A stretch of 64,000 nt of DNA, taken from the NCBI RefSeq assembly GCF_006345805.1, contig NC_043008.1, forward strand, positions 2,666,001 to 2,730,000, given 5' to 3'. Positions 1 to 14,503 of the stretch are shown here, piece by piece (the first letter of the stretch is position 1; the number at the start of each line of letters is the position of its first letter). The DNA comes from Octopus sinensis. Lineage: Eukaryota. A program made the position numbers and the translations under genes. The notes under the pieces were generated by a model. That model was not told the DNA's origin and made no database searches. It worked only from the letters and a program-made list of their open reading frames with translations.

Positions 1-334
1 TTTTACTCTATACAATGTTATCTATGCAAATAAATTAATTTCGTTCAGGCAATTTTCGATTATAAGAAATATTAAATATCAGAGGTAATCTACTTTTCGA
101 ATGGAATTATGCAAGACCATAGCCTGGAAGGAATACCTTCTAAATGGCTGTCAGATGGAATACTATAACTATACAAATGAATCCTTTGAATTTAATTAAA
201 TTCTATATTTTTATGCAGCTAAAGATTGCTCTACATTTTAAAACTGATGTAATATTTGCATTGTACGATTAAACGGAGTCGCATGAAACGATCGAACTGC
301 ATTACCTCTGAATATCCTTGTTGCTTATTTTGAT

Positions 335-410
<76 letters not shown>

Positions 411-1299
411 ACGACACAAGACGTTAGCAAATTTTTGAAATAATTCTCTTTGTAGAATAATGTTATCGAAGCAGATCCGATACAGAAGAAATGGAAGGCT
501 ACCTTCAAATATTTTTGCCCGGTTTTCATTCTATTGCTTACTTATGCTGAACCGCTAGGTTACAGAGAACAACTACAGTCAGAATGAGACACACAGAAAT
601 ATAAATATACACACGACCCGCATGTTTGTGTATTTATACGAGCTGCAATTGTATATATTTGAATTTACGAAAGTAAACACTAAACGCGTTTCATCATTAA
701 ATCTAATTCATTGTTTCAATCTTCATTTTTTTAAAGTTTTTCTACATTTACCATTATTAATTATTTACTTTTCTCTTGGAGTGAAACAAGAACTGAATAG
801 TTACGTTTGGCGGTAAATCAAAAGTGTTGATAACAAATTACAGGAAAGCAGATCAGTATTTTGCCAGTTTTCCTAATTGAAACTAATCAACAGACAATAA
901 TATTTGTGTTTAGATGTAAATCATTCCAAATTATGTATGTGTATGTGTGCGTACATGTGTGTGTGCTTGAATGCGCTCATACATACGCACACATATATTT
1001 TGCCAATTATTTATATATATATGCGCATATATATTTGTAGGTGAGAGAAGTAAAAGACAGTTAGTGTGGTGTTGATAGTGGCAGAGGTTGATTCATGCAT
1101 TCATTATCATAGTTTTTTTTTAAATCCCTCTCGTGGTAAAAACATACGCCCGCGAACGCGCTCCTTCTCACACGCAAGTGCATTTACCTAAATACGCACA
1201 CACGTATACGCTTGCTTTCTCTGTTAGACTCCTGGTAAATTTACGGAGTAACTAAAGTGCAGTTTAGAATGTTTCGAAATTGTTGCTCCAACTGTAACT

Positions 1300-1441
1300 C
1301 TGTCTTTACATTCTGATTTTGAATTTGCCTTTCATCCTTTCGGGTCGATAAATTAAGTACCAGTTGCGTACTAAGGTCAATTTAATCGACTGCCCTCCTC
1401 CCCCAAAATTTCGGGCCTTGTGTCTAGAGTAGAAAAGAATA
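1300..1441 (+). mobile_element. tRNA-derived octopus SINE (OR1/OR2-like), 5'-truncated, tail type B
   Basis: Body tttgcctttcatcctttcgggtcgataaattaagtaccagttgcgtac is shared with the full copies at 45233 and 52645; the tail ccccaaaatttcgggccttgtgtctagagtagaaaagaat is also seen at ~52985-53034. Confidence 0.85.
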
Positions 1442-2199
1442 TGCGTATGGCGGGAATGGCACTATTAATGGATATTTATATATAATGACACAGGACCAGA
1501 AATTTCGAAGGTTGTTTAAATTGATAACATCAACCCCCGTGCTCAACTGGTACTTATTTTATTGACCCTGAGAGGAGAGAAAATAGTATTACAGCGAAGG
1601 GGCGGTACAAAGAGTAATAGCTATAACTGAGAGAGTGAGAGAAAGTAATAACCGTCTGGGAAAGAAGAACACGGAGTGTATCTTCTGTTCTCAACATATA
1701 AATGAGAAGAATTGGAAAAGTACAACTTTGAAAGACAAAAACTGACACAATTCCAATTCTGTTTGAGTGTATATGTGTGCTTGAGAAGTATGTGAATGCC
1801 TACTTCATTTTCTACCTTGTTTAAGTAACAATTAGACATTAATTATAAACGGCTCGGGGTCAACTAATAAATAAATATCTAGAAATATCAAAACGGTAGT
1901 AAGATAATTAAATGAATTAAATATAAAAATCGGCCGTCTCACAATTACAGATGGACCAAAATTAATATACTCACAATATCTAAGAAATTAAATTATAAAT
2001 TATATAAATTATTTTTGTTTTTAATTCTGAAAAATTATTTTTTTAAAAATTTAAATGCAAACAATGCGAGAGGAATCAACTTGAGTAGTAAATGCAAAGC
2101 GTGAAAGCGAAATTATTAAACTCTCAAAAACCACTAAATCAAAATAAAACCAGATAGAAGGAAGCTCCTATAATATACATCCCTAATTAATATTTATTA

Positions 2200-2720
2200 A
2201 ACACACATTTATTCTTATGAACACAGAAATAAACCCTTTCAGAATTTAAAGTTTAACAGCTTGCCTCTAGAAAATATAATCGAAAATAGTTCCTCAGAAC
2301 AAAGACAGCAGAGCCTATTACTGATCCTATAATCCGGAGCCCTCTCCAAAATGCTCCTTCAATAAAGTACTTTTATCTTTAGGATTCCAGATTAAATTAC
2401 TTAGACTAGTAGAAGAAGCCATATTTCTGTTCTTAAAGGAATGACAATGATTCGAAATCCCCTTCTTAATATAATTAGCAGAAGAACGAATATAAAAGTA
2501 ATCATTACCTTCAGAAGTAAGTTTTAGATTGACGACTTCCGTACGCTTACGAAAAAACTACCAAAAAACAATTGTCTTTGTTTCTTCAATCACAAAGGAA
2601 ATTATCCCCCTTACTTCCACCTTCAACAACTGAATTATCATTCAGGTAAAGTCCATTACCTCCACTATTATTGAATCTTACATTAGACTTGAAACCATCG
2701 CTACCAAACTGGAATCAGTC
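2200..2720 (-). mobile_element. Penelope-like element, GIY-YIG endonuclease C-terminal remnant (stops and frameshifts)
   Basis: Minus strand reads YFYIRSSANYIKKGISNHCHSFKNRNMASSTSLSNLIWNPKDK and, after a frameshift, ILERAPDYRISNRLCCLCSEELFSIIFSRGKLLN. This resembles the PLE pattern YIG..FK.R..NH..SF....ST.LS.YIW..K / C.LC..EK..I....LLN. Confidence 0.75.
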
Positions 2721-5667
2721 TCGCTAGTATTAACCAAGTTATCATGATGATATTGTTAACAATAACAATTCATATAGGATTAATGGCGTATCTGATGATA
2801 ATTTCCTAATATGGCATATCTAGTTTACGATATATGATCTTTACAAAAACGCAGCAGCGTATTATGTTAATAAAGGTTATAGATTTTTTGTTTTCCTAAT
2901 TCGGAATCAAAATATATTTGGATATGTATTAATGATTTAATAGCTTGATTATAATGATACTATTTTTATACACGAAATGTAGCATTTAGTTTCCTGGCAA
3001 CGCCGGGTACTTGAGCTCTTGTGTAATGGTATTACTATTTAAAGCACTGATTGCTTCCAAGAATTGCTATCGCATAATAAAAAATTCAAAACTGAAGTAT
3101 ATCTCTGACAACTTACAATCTTAACTTATTTTTACAAATTCAATTAACTTGGCTGAATCCTTGCCAAACAGAGAACGTCATTAGCGTCTTGAAGCATTTA
3201 CCGTTTTTTTTCTCCTCTGTTCTTCTTTAAAATTCTTATTGAAAAAATATTACGACAAACATTTCGAAGCAAGGATATTTAGTGAAAAACATTAAGGTAA
3301 TATAAAATGTTACAGCGACGAATTCATTTTTGACCCTTTAATTATTTATATTTATTTTATTGCGCTTTAGATTATGTGATTCTAACTGTAACGTCATTTC
3401 CCGAAGATTGATGACGGACTAATCATCGGTTCGCCATATTTAAGTGGGCGAAAATGAACGGCGCTTATCTGTAAATTAGCGTAGAAGATAATAATATGCA
3501 TGAAATTTGAATTCGAAATCACAGATTCACATCATTCTACGTAATGCATTGACTGAACATACACACGAGAGCAGGCACACACTCCTGCACACTACACACT
3601 CATCACACACTACAAGAAATAATTTATATAAAGGTTGAGGTAGACAAACGTACTAATCATTCGAAATGCAGATCCAAAGACAATGGCAAAGTTTATCTAT
3701 TGTCGTTAAAAAATATAATAACTTACAGATGTAAATCAGGAAAAGAAAATTATGTATACCTGAATGGAATAGTTTATAAGGAATTGAAAGAGACAGAGAG
3801 TGTGTGAAACAGAGAGAGTGAGAGACAAAGAGAGGCAGAGAAAGAAAGATATGCAGTGAGTGAAGCAGAAAACAACGTGAGACAAAGCAAGAAGACGGTC
3901 AGGCATGCAGACAAAAGGAAGGGCGAAAAAAAAAAGATGGAAACGAAGAGAGACTTAGAATGGTGAAATGAAAGTTTAATTTCATGACTAATTCCACAAC
4001 GGAAATCAATTGATTCCTTTATCTCTCCAAAATGATCTTCCTCGTGCAAGAATTTATATAAACTTCAGATAATTTACTCATGTTCTACAAATGTATCGAC
4101 TTACCTTACTTTACTCAAATGTTGCAATTGTTACACAAAATCTCCTTCAATCATTTGCAAAATTATTCACTTCAAGAATTTAAAAAACATTTTTATGCCA
4201 AATAAAATATTATACTATGATTGAGGATTTTCCATCAACTAAGATGTAAATAAAAAGAAGATAGAAATAAAACGTTTCTTCTTATGATTTCCAAATTTTA
4301 AAGTACCATCGGGCAATGGACACGACTATATATTTATCCAACTATGTCAGCCAAATTTGTCCCTAAACCTTAATATTCCAGTATTAAACATATAGGTATA
4401 CATTTGACAATGTTGTCCCTGTAAATTTCCTTATGATATTATGATTTGTGTGAAGGAGAAGTGACAATAATTAAAATAGCCCCACTGAGACTCGAAATAT
4501 TTCCTTTTGCTTTAGGCAAATGGCAAAAAAATGTTAAACATTTTGGGTGAAGGAAGTGGATTGATGACATTGCTCAATTTTTTATCGGATATTTATATTA
4601 GCAACACAAAATGGATGAACAACAGATCGACCTTGCCGTAACAGAAATTCGGAAAATAATGCCGGAAGAAATGACGCTAAGCATTTCGTCCGGCTTGCCA
4701 ACAGTTGTACCTGCACGCTGCTTTACAGAATAGAAATATTAAACAATTATCTTCGTATTTAGACGGGAGGAGTGCAAGTGAAACATAAGAGAATGAATTC
4801 GGAAGGATCTTTTTATGACAGGTAGATCTAGAGTTAATGCATTTTTTAAAATTAGATTTCACACCTGTCTACACACTGCAATATTCCTTATATGCACAGG
4901 CGGAGGGACAACTCACAAATCTGTTATGTGATTTTGTACGGTGGTGTTGGTAATATTCTCCCTCTCGTTCTAATTGTTCATGACTCTTTCACTTTTTCGT
5001 CATATTTTCTTACGAATTTCGTCTATATATGTAGTCAGAAACCTGACAGTGGAAGTAGCAGCAGTATTGACAACACTGATATCAACGAAAGTGCTTTGAA
5101 TAGTTAGCAATATCGTTAGACTGGAAAAGTTGAAGACACTAAAAACTACATCTTACATATATCCTACAAACATGGCTTACATAGTTTAGTTCTAGGAGGA
5201 AAATATACTAGAACTGAAAGACGGCTTTCTTGCCTCGAATACTTGTGTTTTAGCATGGTTACTGTCGAGAAATTACAATAAAGAGAGAAGGGAAACAACA
5301 GAACCCGAAAACCTAAATATACGTTTACAATTTATATATACACACACGCTCATACTTTTATATATGAATGTTTGTGTGGCAAAATAAGCACTCATATAAG
5401 CACACACATGATATGTATACACTCATACATAAATCCATATGTGCACACATACACACGCACACGTGAATATTGAGGATGTTTTGTGAGTGTTTATTTACTC
5501 CGAATGGTTATTTATAATGCCTGATAATTACAGAATGTTTGAGCTAATTTGAGAGTTTCTGCAAAAGAAAGAGAAAAGTATTCCATTTATAAATAAACAA
5601 TATTTTAGGAAACATAAAAATGGAAACTAGATTATGGCTCGTGAACCTGGCGCCATGCTTTTCTCGC

Positions 5668-6105
5668 TGTGTCCATGAGAACTTCGATCTCCTCTTTTTG
5701 TCACTGTGAAGGAATTCGATCAACCATTGTGTCCATCCAAAGAACTTCGATCACCTCTTTGTTCCCATGGTAACTTCTTTCACCACGTTGCGTCCATGTG
5801 AAGAACATCATTCACAACTTGGTGTCCATCAGAAGAACTTCGATCACCTCTCTGTGCCCATGTGAAGAACTTCGATCATGTCTTTGTGTCCATCAGAAGA
5901 ACTTCGATCACGTCTTTGTGTCCATGTGAAGAACATCTATCACCACTTTGTGTCCCCGAGAACTTCGGTTTCCTCTTTGTGTCCATGCAAATTACTTTGA
6001 TTACGTTTTTGTGTCAAAGGGAAGAACTTGGATCGCCTCTTTGTGACTATCGGAAGAAATTTGATCATTTCTCTGTGACTACTGAAAGATCTCTTCTTAG
6101 ATCTT
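5668..6105. repeat. Degenerate 32-bp minisatellite, ~14 units
   Basis: Consensus ~tgtgtccatgtgaagaacttcgatcacctctt; unit starts at 5728, 5760, 5789, 5821, 5853, 5885, 5917, 5949, 5978, 6010, 6042, 6074 (period 32, with two 29-bp units). Confidence 0.9.
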
Positions 6106-6169
6106 TGCCTCCAACTCAGCCTTAGCTTTGCAGGCTGAGTTGGTTGGCGTCTTTCTTAATTATGAATGT

Positions 6170-6530
6170 ATAAATTGTTGCCAGTGAATCTGTAAACATT
6201 GACGAACAACCACTTCTGACTCTTTGTGGAGACAATAGTAAGGCACCGACTCATTCTGCTAGATATATGGCATTCCAGCAGCAGCATTTTGAAACAAGAG
6301 TTTAACCACATTTCACATAGCCCTGTGAATGCTACTTATGGCCAGCTTCAAACATGTTCGAGGAAACCGGTCGTGCAGACTCAGTCAGAACGTTCGCTGT
6401 TTCCTTTCCTGCTAACCACGGCATAACAGACAATGTTGCAGCTTTCCATATTAGGTCTAACATCGGTTTCAGGGTTCCCAGTCCGTTAAGTAACAGCCAT
6501 AATGTCAACATTATATGATCATCAGAAAAA
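6170..6530 (-). mobile_element. Degraded LINE apurinic-endonuclease (APE) domain remnant
   Basis: One minus frame with several stops reads YNVDIMAVT*...NIVCYAVVSRKG...LTIVSTKSQKWLFVNVYRF, resembling the APE motifs DI.AVTETW, RKGGGV and ..NVYRP. Confidence 0.55.
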
Positions 6531-6560
6531 GAGCAACACCTTTTCAATATCCAGATAGTA

Positions 6561-6702
6561 TAATTTTGTTCATGTGTTTACATCCACCCATTATTATCAT
6601 TACATATGCTTGTATGTATGTATAACAACAATATTAGTAATAATAATAATAAATATAATCGAAAAAAAATATATATATACATATACACATATATATACAC
6701 AT

Positions 6703-6771
<69 letters not shown>

Positions 6772-7195
6772 CATATACATAGATATATATACATATATAT
6801 AGTTATTCATTTCTATTTATTTATCTGTGTATTTATTTATTATGTCTTCGGGATCCTCTATCGTCATCTGTTGTGGTGTGTGCTATTGCTCCATTCTAGT
6901 TTTCTATTCAGGCTAGGTTTATTTTCTATTATATGTGTAGCTTCTGTAATTTGTCTAATTGTTGCATCTGTTCTATGTGTGGACAATATCTTAATCTCTA
7001 TGTTATTGATTGATCCCCCGTGTTCCTGTTCGGCGTGTTGGTACAGAATCGATGAGCTTTTACCTAGAATGGAGCAATAGCACACACCACAACATATGAC
7101 GATAGAGGATCCCGAAGACATAATAAATAAATACACAGATAAATAAACAAATAGAAATGTATAACTATATATATGTATATATATCTATGTATATG

Positions 7196-7288
<93 letters not shown>

Positions 7289-7439
7289 ATATATGTATAT
7301 GTGTATATATATGTGTATATGTATATATATTTTTTTTTCGATTAGATTTATTATTATTATTACTAATATTGTTGTTATACATACATACAAGCATATGTAA
7401 TGATAATAATGGGTGGATGTAAACACATGAACAAAATTA
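6561..7439. repeat. Long inverted repeat: arms 6561-6899 and 7064-7439, 164-bp spacer
   Basis: Arms are reverse complements from taattttgttcatgtgtttacatcc to ccattctag; ORFs 6574+ and 7426- begin with the same peptide; there are a few substitutions and different (TA)n lengths between arms. Confidence 0.95.
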
Positions 7440-7734
7440 GAACAAAGGCAACAACAACAAAAACAAAATACAAATTACATGAATGTATATAAAGAGAAGA
7501 TGCAAATATTACAGGCATCCCCCCACACACACTAAATAAACATAGACGCACATAGAGATATAAGCATGCGCAAATGAAGACATACACTAGAAATACAAAA
7601 TGGCTGACGGTTAGTAAGGAGAGACACAAATAAGAAAGAAGAAACAAAGGACCACTGATGCGGTCACAGGAGTGATATATAGTGCGTGTGTTTTTATTGG
7701 CTAAACTGGCAATATGACCATTCCGAAATATAAC

Positions 7735-7838
<104 letters not shown>

Positions 7839-9913
7839 TATATACATACACATATATATATATATATATGTGTATATATCTATATGTAAGTATACTTGGT
7901 AATTCGCCGTTATTAAAATTTTCAGTTTTATGATTTGAAAGACTCTTAACAGTGTGATCAGTTGATAGAATTCTTTGGAACAGCACATCGCAATGTTACG
8001 GCTTTTGGCATCGTATTTCCATTTATTTGCAGCCAGTTGGCTGCAATTTTTATATGCTTGTCTCTTCGGAAAATTTGAGCGTTTCAAGATTATGGTAGTT
8101 TCAAATTCACAAAGGATTCCACACTAAATTCATATTTTCTCCAACCTGATTAATGATACCATTGAACTTCATGTAAAATATGTCTAAGAAATGCGATAAA
8201 GAAATTTTTCGTTATAGATTTTGTTGTTGTTTAAACTTGAGTCAGTCTCGATTAAATAACAACTGCCATGGAAAACCCACATCTGTTTAGGAGTTATCCA
8301 TTTTCACATTATCTAAAGTGCTCTTTCTATGAAATTTCACCAGCCCCGATGTCCTGATATACACTCATGAGCACCGGCCTTTAAAATGGCTAATCGATAA
8401 ATTAATTCTAAAACTCCGTCATGTTGAAGTGAATCATGCGGATTAACCTTGAATCACAGCATAAGCTAAAATTTGTTTTATGACTTTGTTAAGGTAGAAA
8501 AATAATTGCTTTCGTGTGATTGTATTAGACATAGATTATAAAAAGCAAAAAAAAAAAATTGAGGGAAAAATTAGACACCTTGCACGATATCCACTCTGTT
8601 ATACAGTCCAAATAATATTTATGCGTTAACATATGTGTGTGAATTGTACAGAGTTAATTTATCTCTAAAATAATATGATTCTTGTAATTTTAGGAGAAAA
8701 AATTAAACAAACGCAGATGATTTAAAGACTCTATTTGAGAAAATATTTAATTAGTGCAATCAATAACAAATTCAATAAAATGGCTTTTACTTATTGGAAA
8801 TTTTTCTTGATTGGCAGACGTTTATATACTATAATTATCAAAGTCACGGACAGTATTAGTTGGTCTGTGTGCAGCTGGGGGGAGCAGGGTTACGAGGATG
8901 TAAATATAGATAAATACATCAAAATAAACGTTATGTAGCTCACATACAATTCTAATTTCCACATACAAACAAAACACATTTAACTACACACGATCTCTCT
9001 CACACACACACATACGCACACACACACACACATACGCACACACACACATGGATGCGTGTTTGTATAGCTAAATATTTATGTGTATGTCTAGATCTGTTTA
9101 CCCATACTTCACCCACATATGATCATTTTCTTCAAAGTGTAAACAAAATGGTGTTTGAAGAGAGAGTTTAATAAGTTAAAATTGGGCGATTGTCGGTCAA
9201 TTATTAGAACTTACTACCGTTTACTTAACTATTATCATTACCATCGTTGTAAATAACATCATTATCGGCATCGTCATCATTATTTAAATTAATCACAAAG
9301 CTATCAGTGAAAAAAAAAATGTCTGAAGCGGATGAAGTTGATTTCATATGAAAAGAAAAATGTTTAGCTAAGACCAAACCAGACACACTACATTTTAGCT
9401 TTTGTTTGGTTCCCTTTTCATATAGCTATGATAAATATTACGGCTAGTCTTTTCAAATAAATCTTTTCACCTCTATACACTAAACCGATAGAAATTTATA
9501 CTTCATTGAATTGTACAGGAAGTTGTAAAACTCTTCTGAATAGTATTTGCATTTCTTTACCTATATTTCCTGGTAAATTTCCGAAAAAAGAAATTTCAAA
9601 CGACAAAGTCTACTTAGAGGATTGGATTGTACAGATTTATTTTCTGCCAATGTGATTGTATGCAACAACACTTGCAAATAATTCTGTATTATTTCATCGT
9701 TGTTTACATCGATATGATTAGTATGCAACTTATATCTATTGTTATGTTGTTCTAGATAAAATATTTCCATCACTGTTGCATCACGCTTGCAACAAGTCAG
9801 GTTTGACTCCGCTGCTTGTGCGAGGGCAACTCTGGTTGATATATGTTCGTGTAATTTATGTGCAGTATATATGTATTTGTGTTTGGTAAACGCAATATTT
9901 ATGATCTACCAGG

Positions 9914-10112
9914 GTACGTTGAAGAGGTCCCGGATTTGGATAAATGAAAATACAACAGGGTTAGTGAATTATTTTTTTATTCAACATATTCCCCTACTAT
10001 ATTCACTCACTTATTGCAACGGTCCTTCAGTTTTTCTAAACCCTGCAAAAGAACTCCGAAGTTTGGGTCTCCATCCAGACATTGACGATAGCCGTAAAGC
10101 CAAGACATTTTC
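9914..10112 (-). mobile_element. Mariner-derived non-autonomous element (MITE-like relic)
   Basis: Minus strand encodes QGLEKLKDRCNK*VNIVGEYVE*, matching the mariner transposase C-terminus (G..KL..RW.KC....G.Y.E). Confidence 0.75.
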
Positions 10113-10362
10113 GTTAACGCTCATATGTAATTATAAGCGAAACATACATAAAAATATTGGGATATATATACATATACGCATACACTCCACCACACAAATA
10201 CGTGCACGCACGCACATACACAAACACACACACACACGCACATACATATATTTTCAGCATATAACTCTACCTCCGGTATTCGAGTACTATTTTTCCACCT
10301 TGCTTCATATTTATGTGCATATTCTGGTATATATATATATATATATATGAATATAGATACAT

Positions 10363-10431
<69 letters not shown>

Positions 10432-11806
10432 CATGGTATTGGTCCCTTGCGGACAGTGGAAAGTTCAAATAGAGCGATAATGGGGTGGTGATTCACGTAA
10501 AAACAAAATAATGGCTTCCTTTAGTTAAGTTTTATTTGTGAAATACTGTTGCTTTGAATTTGCTTTAGAAAAGAGCATAAGTTTGTGATGGTTAGTTAGG
10601 GTGGGAGCGCTAGGAATGTCGCCTAGGTCTCAAGGGGGCGGGAGCCCGATAATTTTGGTAACCACCGCTATAGATGAAAACAATTATACTATATACTATT
10701 TAGTTGTAGGAATCTGGTAAATATTAACCATAAGCATGCCATCATACTAGAACGACACTTCAAATGGATAAATCAGGTAATTGTTTCCACCAGAACACAT
10801 ACGACTGAAATTCGTTTGTTTTTCGACACAATGAGTTTGTTTTGAGAAATATAGCATTAAAAAATATAGCAGAACGTGGAACAGAAATTTATATATTCTC
10901 CTCTGCTGTGTATTTCCTGCGGGATAAAACGAGATATATGACACAAGCTCTAGTAAGTAAAGGATTGTTTGATAAATGGGTAGACTAAAACAGAAAAAAT
11001 GCATAGAATAAAATTAAGAAACGTTCAATATACAAATAAATGATTCATCGTTCATGCATCATTTCACAAATTCATCTCGGCTGTGAAACCAAAAAATTGT
11101 CTTCAGAAAGCTTACAGATTCTGAAACAAAGAACGGAATGTATAAAAGCCAAACCATAAATAACGTCAGTAATATTCATCAAAAGAATGGAAATTGAAAC
11201 TTTCTTTAGCCAACTATGAACTGCAAGGGGAGTTCAGAGAAGTGTTAGATAAGTTCAAATGCCACAGAGCTGGTTAACTGTTTCAGAGTTCAAAGTAACC
11301 GTGGCAGCTGGGAAAGCAGAACAATTTGAGGATGCGTGCACTAATGGTCTTCTACAGAGATGATTTTGATACTAAGTCTGGAAATAGAATACCATACGTT
11401 AGATCTAGAGGCATAGAATTATATGCAAAATTGCTAATAATGATCTCTTTTATCCTTGCACATTTACTTTTCCAACCGATTCATTCTACGAGAAAATTTG
11501 TCATTCGGTAGCACACATTACTAAGTTCGTGAATACTTAGAACTGTCGCTGCCATAATGGAATGAGACTAATGAAAATACTGCACAAAAAAAACAAAACA
11601 AAAAAAAATAAAACAATATATAAATAAAAAATAATTAGTCAATGTGAAAAATTATATATTACGCAGCTGATATTACAACCGTCATCACGTGTTTAATTAT
11701 AGATCTTTTATACAGCTTTATTTATACATGATTAATTATCATAATTACCTATACGCACATAAATTTATATAAGTGTTTGTTTGTGTATACGGATATATAT
11801 ATATAC

Positions 11807-11846
<40 letters not shown>

Positions 11847-12347
11847 CCTTTCGGAATTATACAACTTATACTATTTTAATCATGTGTCTGTGTGTCTCTG
11901 TGCGAGTGTTAGTCTGGTTATCAGTATGCACATGTTTTGCTTTGTGCTTCTAGATATGCAAACATAATATACGATAAAATACGATAAATGATAAAGTAAA
12001 ATACGCTACTATAATAAATGTTTACCATATTGATAAAGTATATAAGAAACCATGAACAAAAAGTAGCACACCACAATATGTTTTTGATCAACAAAGTCTC
12101 CATAGAGAACTATTGAGTTGTTATTTGAGTGCCATCGCATTATTTAAACTGCCAGTTTGTTGCTGAAATAAATTGTGAACGAAACAGACACAAGGGAATA
12201 AAAGGGCTTATACCATTGCTGTTAGGTTTTGAGTGACTCGATTGTATAACCCTGGTTCGTTTGCCATTCTCCTTTACTCAATTATCATTTCGCAAATAGT
12301 TCAATATATACGTAAGCGTGCACACATAATCACGTGTATTATGTACC

Positions 12348-12500
12348 TATTTCTTTACTACCCACAAGGGGCTAAACACAGTGGGGACAAACAAGGACAG
12401 ACAGGCAGATGAAGTGGATCATATCGATCCCAGTGCTTAACTGGTACTTAATTTATCGACCCCGAAAGGATGAAAGGCAAAGTCGACCTCGGCAGAATTT
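12348..12500 (-). mobile_element. OR1/OR2-like SINE, 5'-truncated, tail type A
   Basis: Reverse complement of the SINE body and of the tail ...ctgtgtttagccccttgtgggtagtaaagaaata. Confidence 0.9.
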
Positions 12501-13091
12501 CTCGTGTATTATGCACCTATATCACAAGAGTCGCCGAGCAGTTTTGCGCCTGTATCGTATGTTTTCCAGTTTTGTAACTTACAGATCTCCTTGATATGGT
12601 CTAACACTGACGTACTAACAGTGTTAGCACCATAGTATTTCTTCATTTCTCTTTGAAACCTCATAGGCAAAGCCAGTTCTCGACTACGTATCTTCGATGT
12701 TTAATAACCTTTCAAATAAACGTTTCTATGTGACATTTCCAGCTTTCAATTGCTATGATAATATTTAGGATCGAATAAACCATTGAAACGTCATTGGTTA
12801 CCTCACTGTGAGACATGTTGCAGCATGTTTCCTAATTAGAAATCTAAATCAAATAAATTTGATCGTCTGCAAGAAGTGATTTTCAGCATAAAGACAAAAA
12901 GAAAATATTTAATCTATCCACAGCACAAGCTCATTTACATGTTTAAATAAAATATAATTTTGTATAATGTTTGTAGTATATTTCCCATCATAGGTAATAT
13001 GATATTCTTCACTTTTTTATTTCTACCTACCCCAGACAATTTGTTTCATCTGCAGTTACACATACATACACACACGTGAAAAGCTCTATAC

Positions 13092-13175
<84 letters not shown>

Positions 13176-13179
<4 letters not shown>

Positions 13180-13517
13180 TCTGAGACCCCCTTTGGTCAC
13201 GACACAGACCATGGGATTGCACCTAGAAAGTTACCCTCCCAGGCACAAGCCCGCCAAGTTTGTTTATAGAAGACCATCAGTCGCCCATGCGTGCCGGCTT
13301 CCCCTCTCTATGCCACCAGTGTTGTCCTAGGGAAAGGCAAAGGGGCCGATACAGCTTGGCACCTGTGACGCCGCAACTCATTCCTACAGCTTAGTGAACT
13401 GGGGCAACGTGAAATAAAGTGTCTTGCTCAACAACACAACACGCAGGTTCGGGATTCGAGCCCACAACCTCAGGATCGTAAGCTCGACGCTCTAACCACT
13501 GATCCATGCGCCTTCAC
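13176..13517 (-). mobile_element. tRNA-derived CORE-type SINE, near full length
   Basis: Minus strand has a tRNA-like head (tggatcagtggttagagc; B-box-like gctcgaatccc), then ttgagcaagacactttatttcacgttgccccagttcactaagctgtaggaatgag resembling the MIR/CORE domain; it ends at a (TA)n tract. Confidence 0.85.
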
Positions 13518-14211
13518 TTACATACATATACACATACATACATGCATACATACATACCTACATTGATGTGTATGTTTGTATGTGTACAATTTTTCAGAAA
13601 TATTTGTCATAAGCATTGATTATTCACAGCAATATCAACAGGAAATGGACCACTAAAAGCTTTGTATGTAGTTCTCTCATTTCTAGAGTAAACAACTTGG
13701 TTTCTTTTTAAACCAATCCGTGAAAGCGTTCTGATTTATGTCTCAGCAAATGGAACTTGAGAGATATGTATCTTACAGTGCTCCATAAGAGAGTTATATT
13801 TGAAATATGAATATATTTGAATGCGTAAATTTAAGATATTACACCAGAATGAAAAAAAGCTTACTAGGAGAAACAGAACTTTTCAAAAACGTATTTGTAG
13901 CCTCCGTGGCTACAAATACCGTTTCACAAACGTAAACCTGCCACTTCATAAAGAATTTTAATTAAGAGTTTCTCAGTAACTTGCTATGCATGTTACAATA
14001 AATCTAAGTTCAGCTTAGGAATACACATGTATTTTTGCTGTTATTTACGTAGATACATATACATCCAACCACAGGCATACATACACACACACAGCTACAC
14101 ATACATACACATGACATCATACATACACACACATACACATTATATATATATTTATATATATACATATGTATACATATATATATATATATTTATATATATA
14201 CATATGTATAC

Positions 14212-14265
<54 letters not shown>

Positions 14266-14503
14266 CATATCAAAGGGAAATTGAAATTAATTAAACTTTA
14301 CATTTCCAGTTGTCTAACGTGTAAAAAAATTAGTCCAAAGGATTATATATTAGTCATACTATGTATATTTAAACACATGAGGAATCCACCTATAGGATTT
14401 CAACACGCTAGAAAGAACAGCTAGGTTCTATAACCACAAAAATTAGGGATTAAATTCGACAGTATGAAATGAATAGATAGATAGATAGATAGATAGTTAG
14501 ATA

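Noticed and set aside
1850-2500. AT-rich stretch as a mitochondrial insertion (NUMT)
   Set aside because: No mitochondrial protein appears under the invertebrate mitochondrial code; the minus strand fits a Penelope GIY-YIG domain instead.
4917-5120. Splice-site-bounded minus-strand segments here and at ~12582-12710 as coding exons
   Set aside because: There are in-frame stops in every frame; the peptides look more like decayed mariner N-terminal/HTH sequence, too weak to list as a feature.
5668-6105. 32-bp array as a CRISPR array or a coding repeat
   Set aside because: There are no unique spacers, no cas genes and the context is eukaryotic; a period of 32 is not a multiple of 3.
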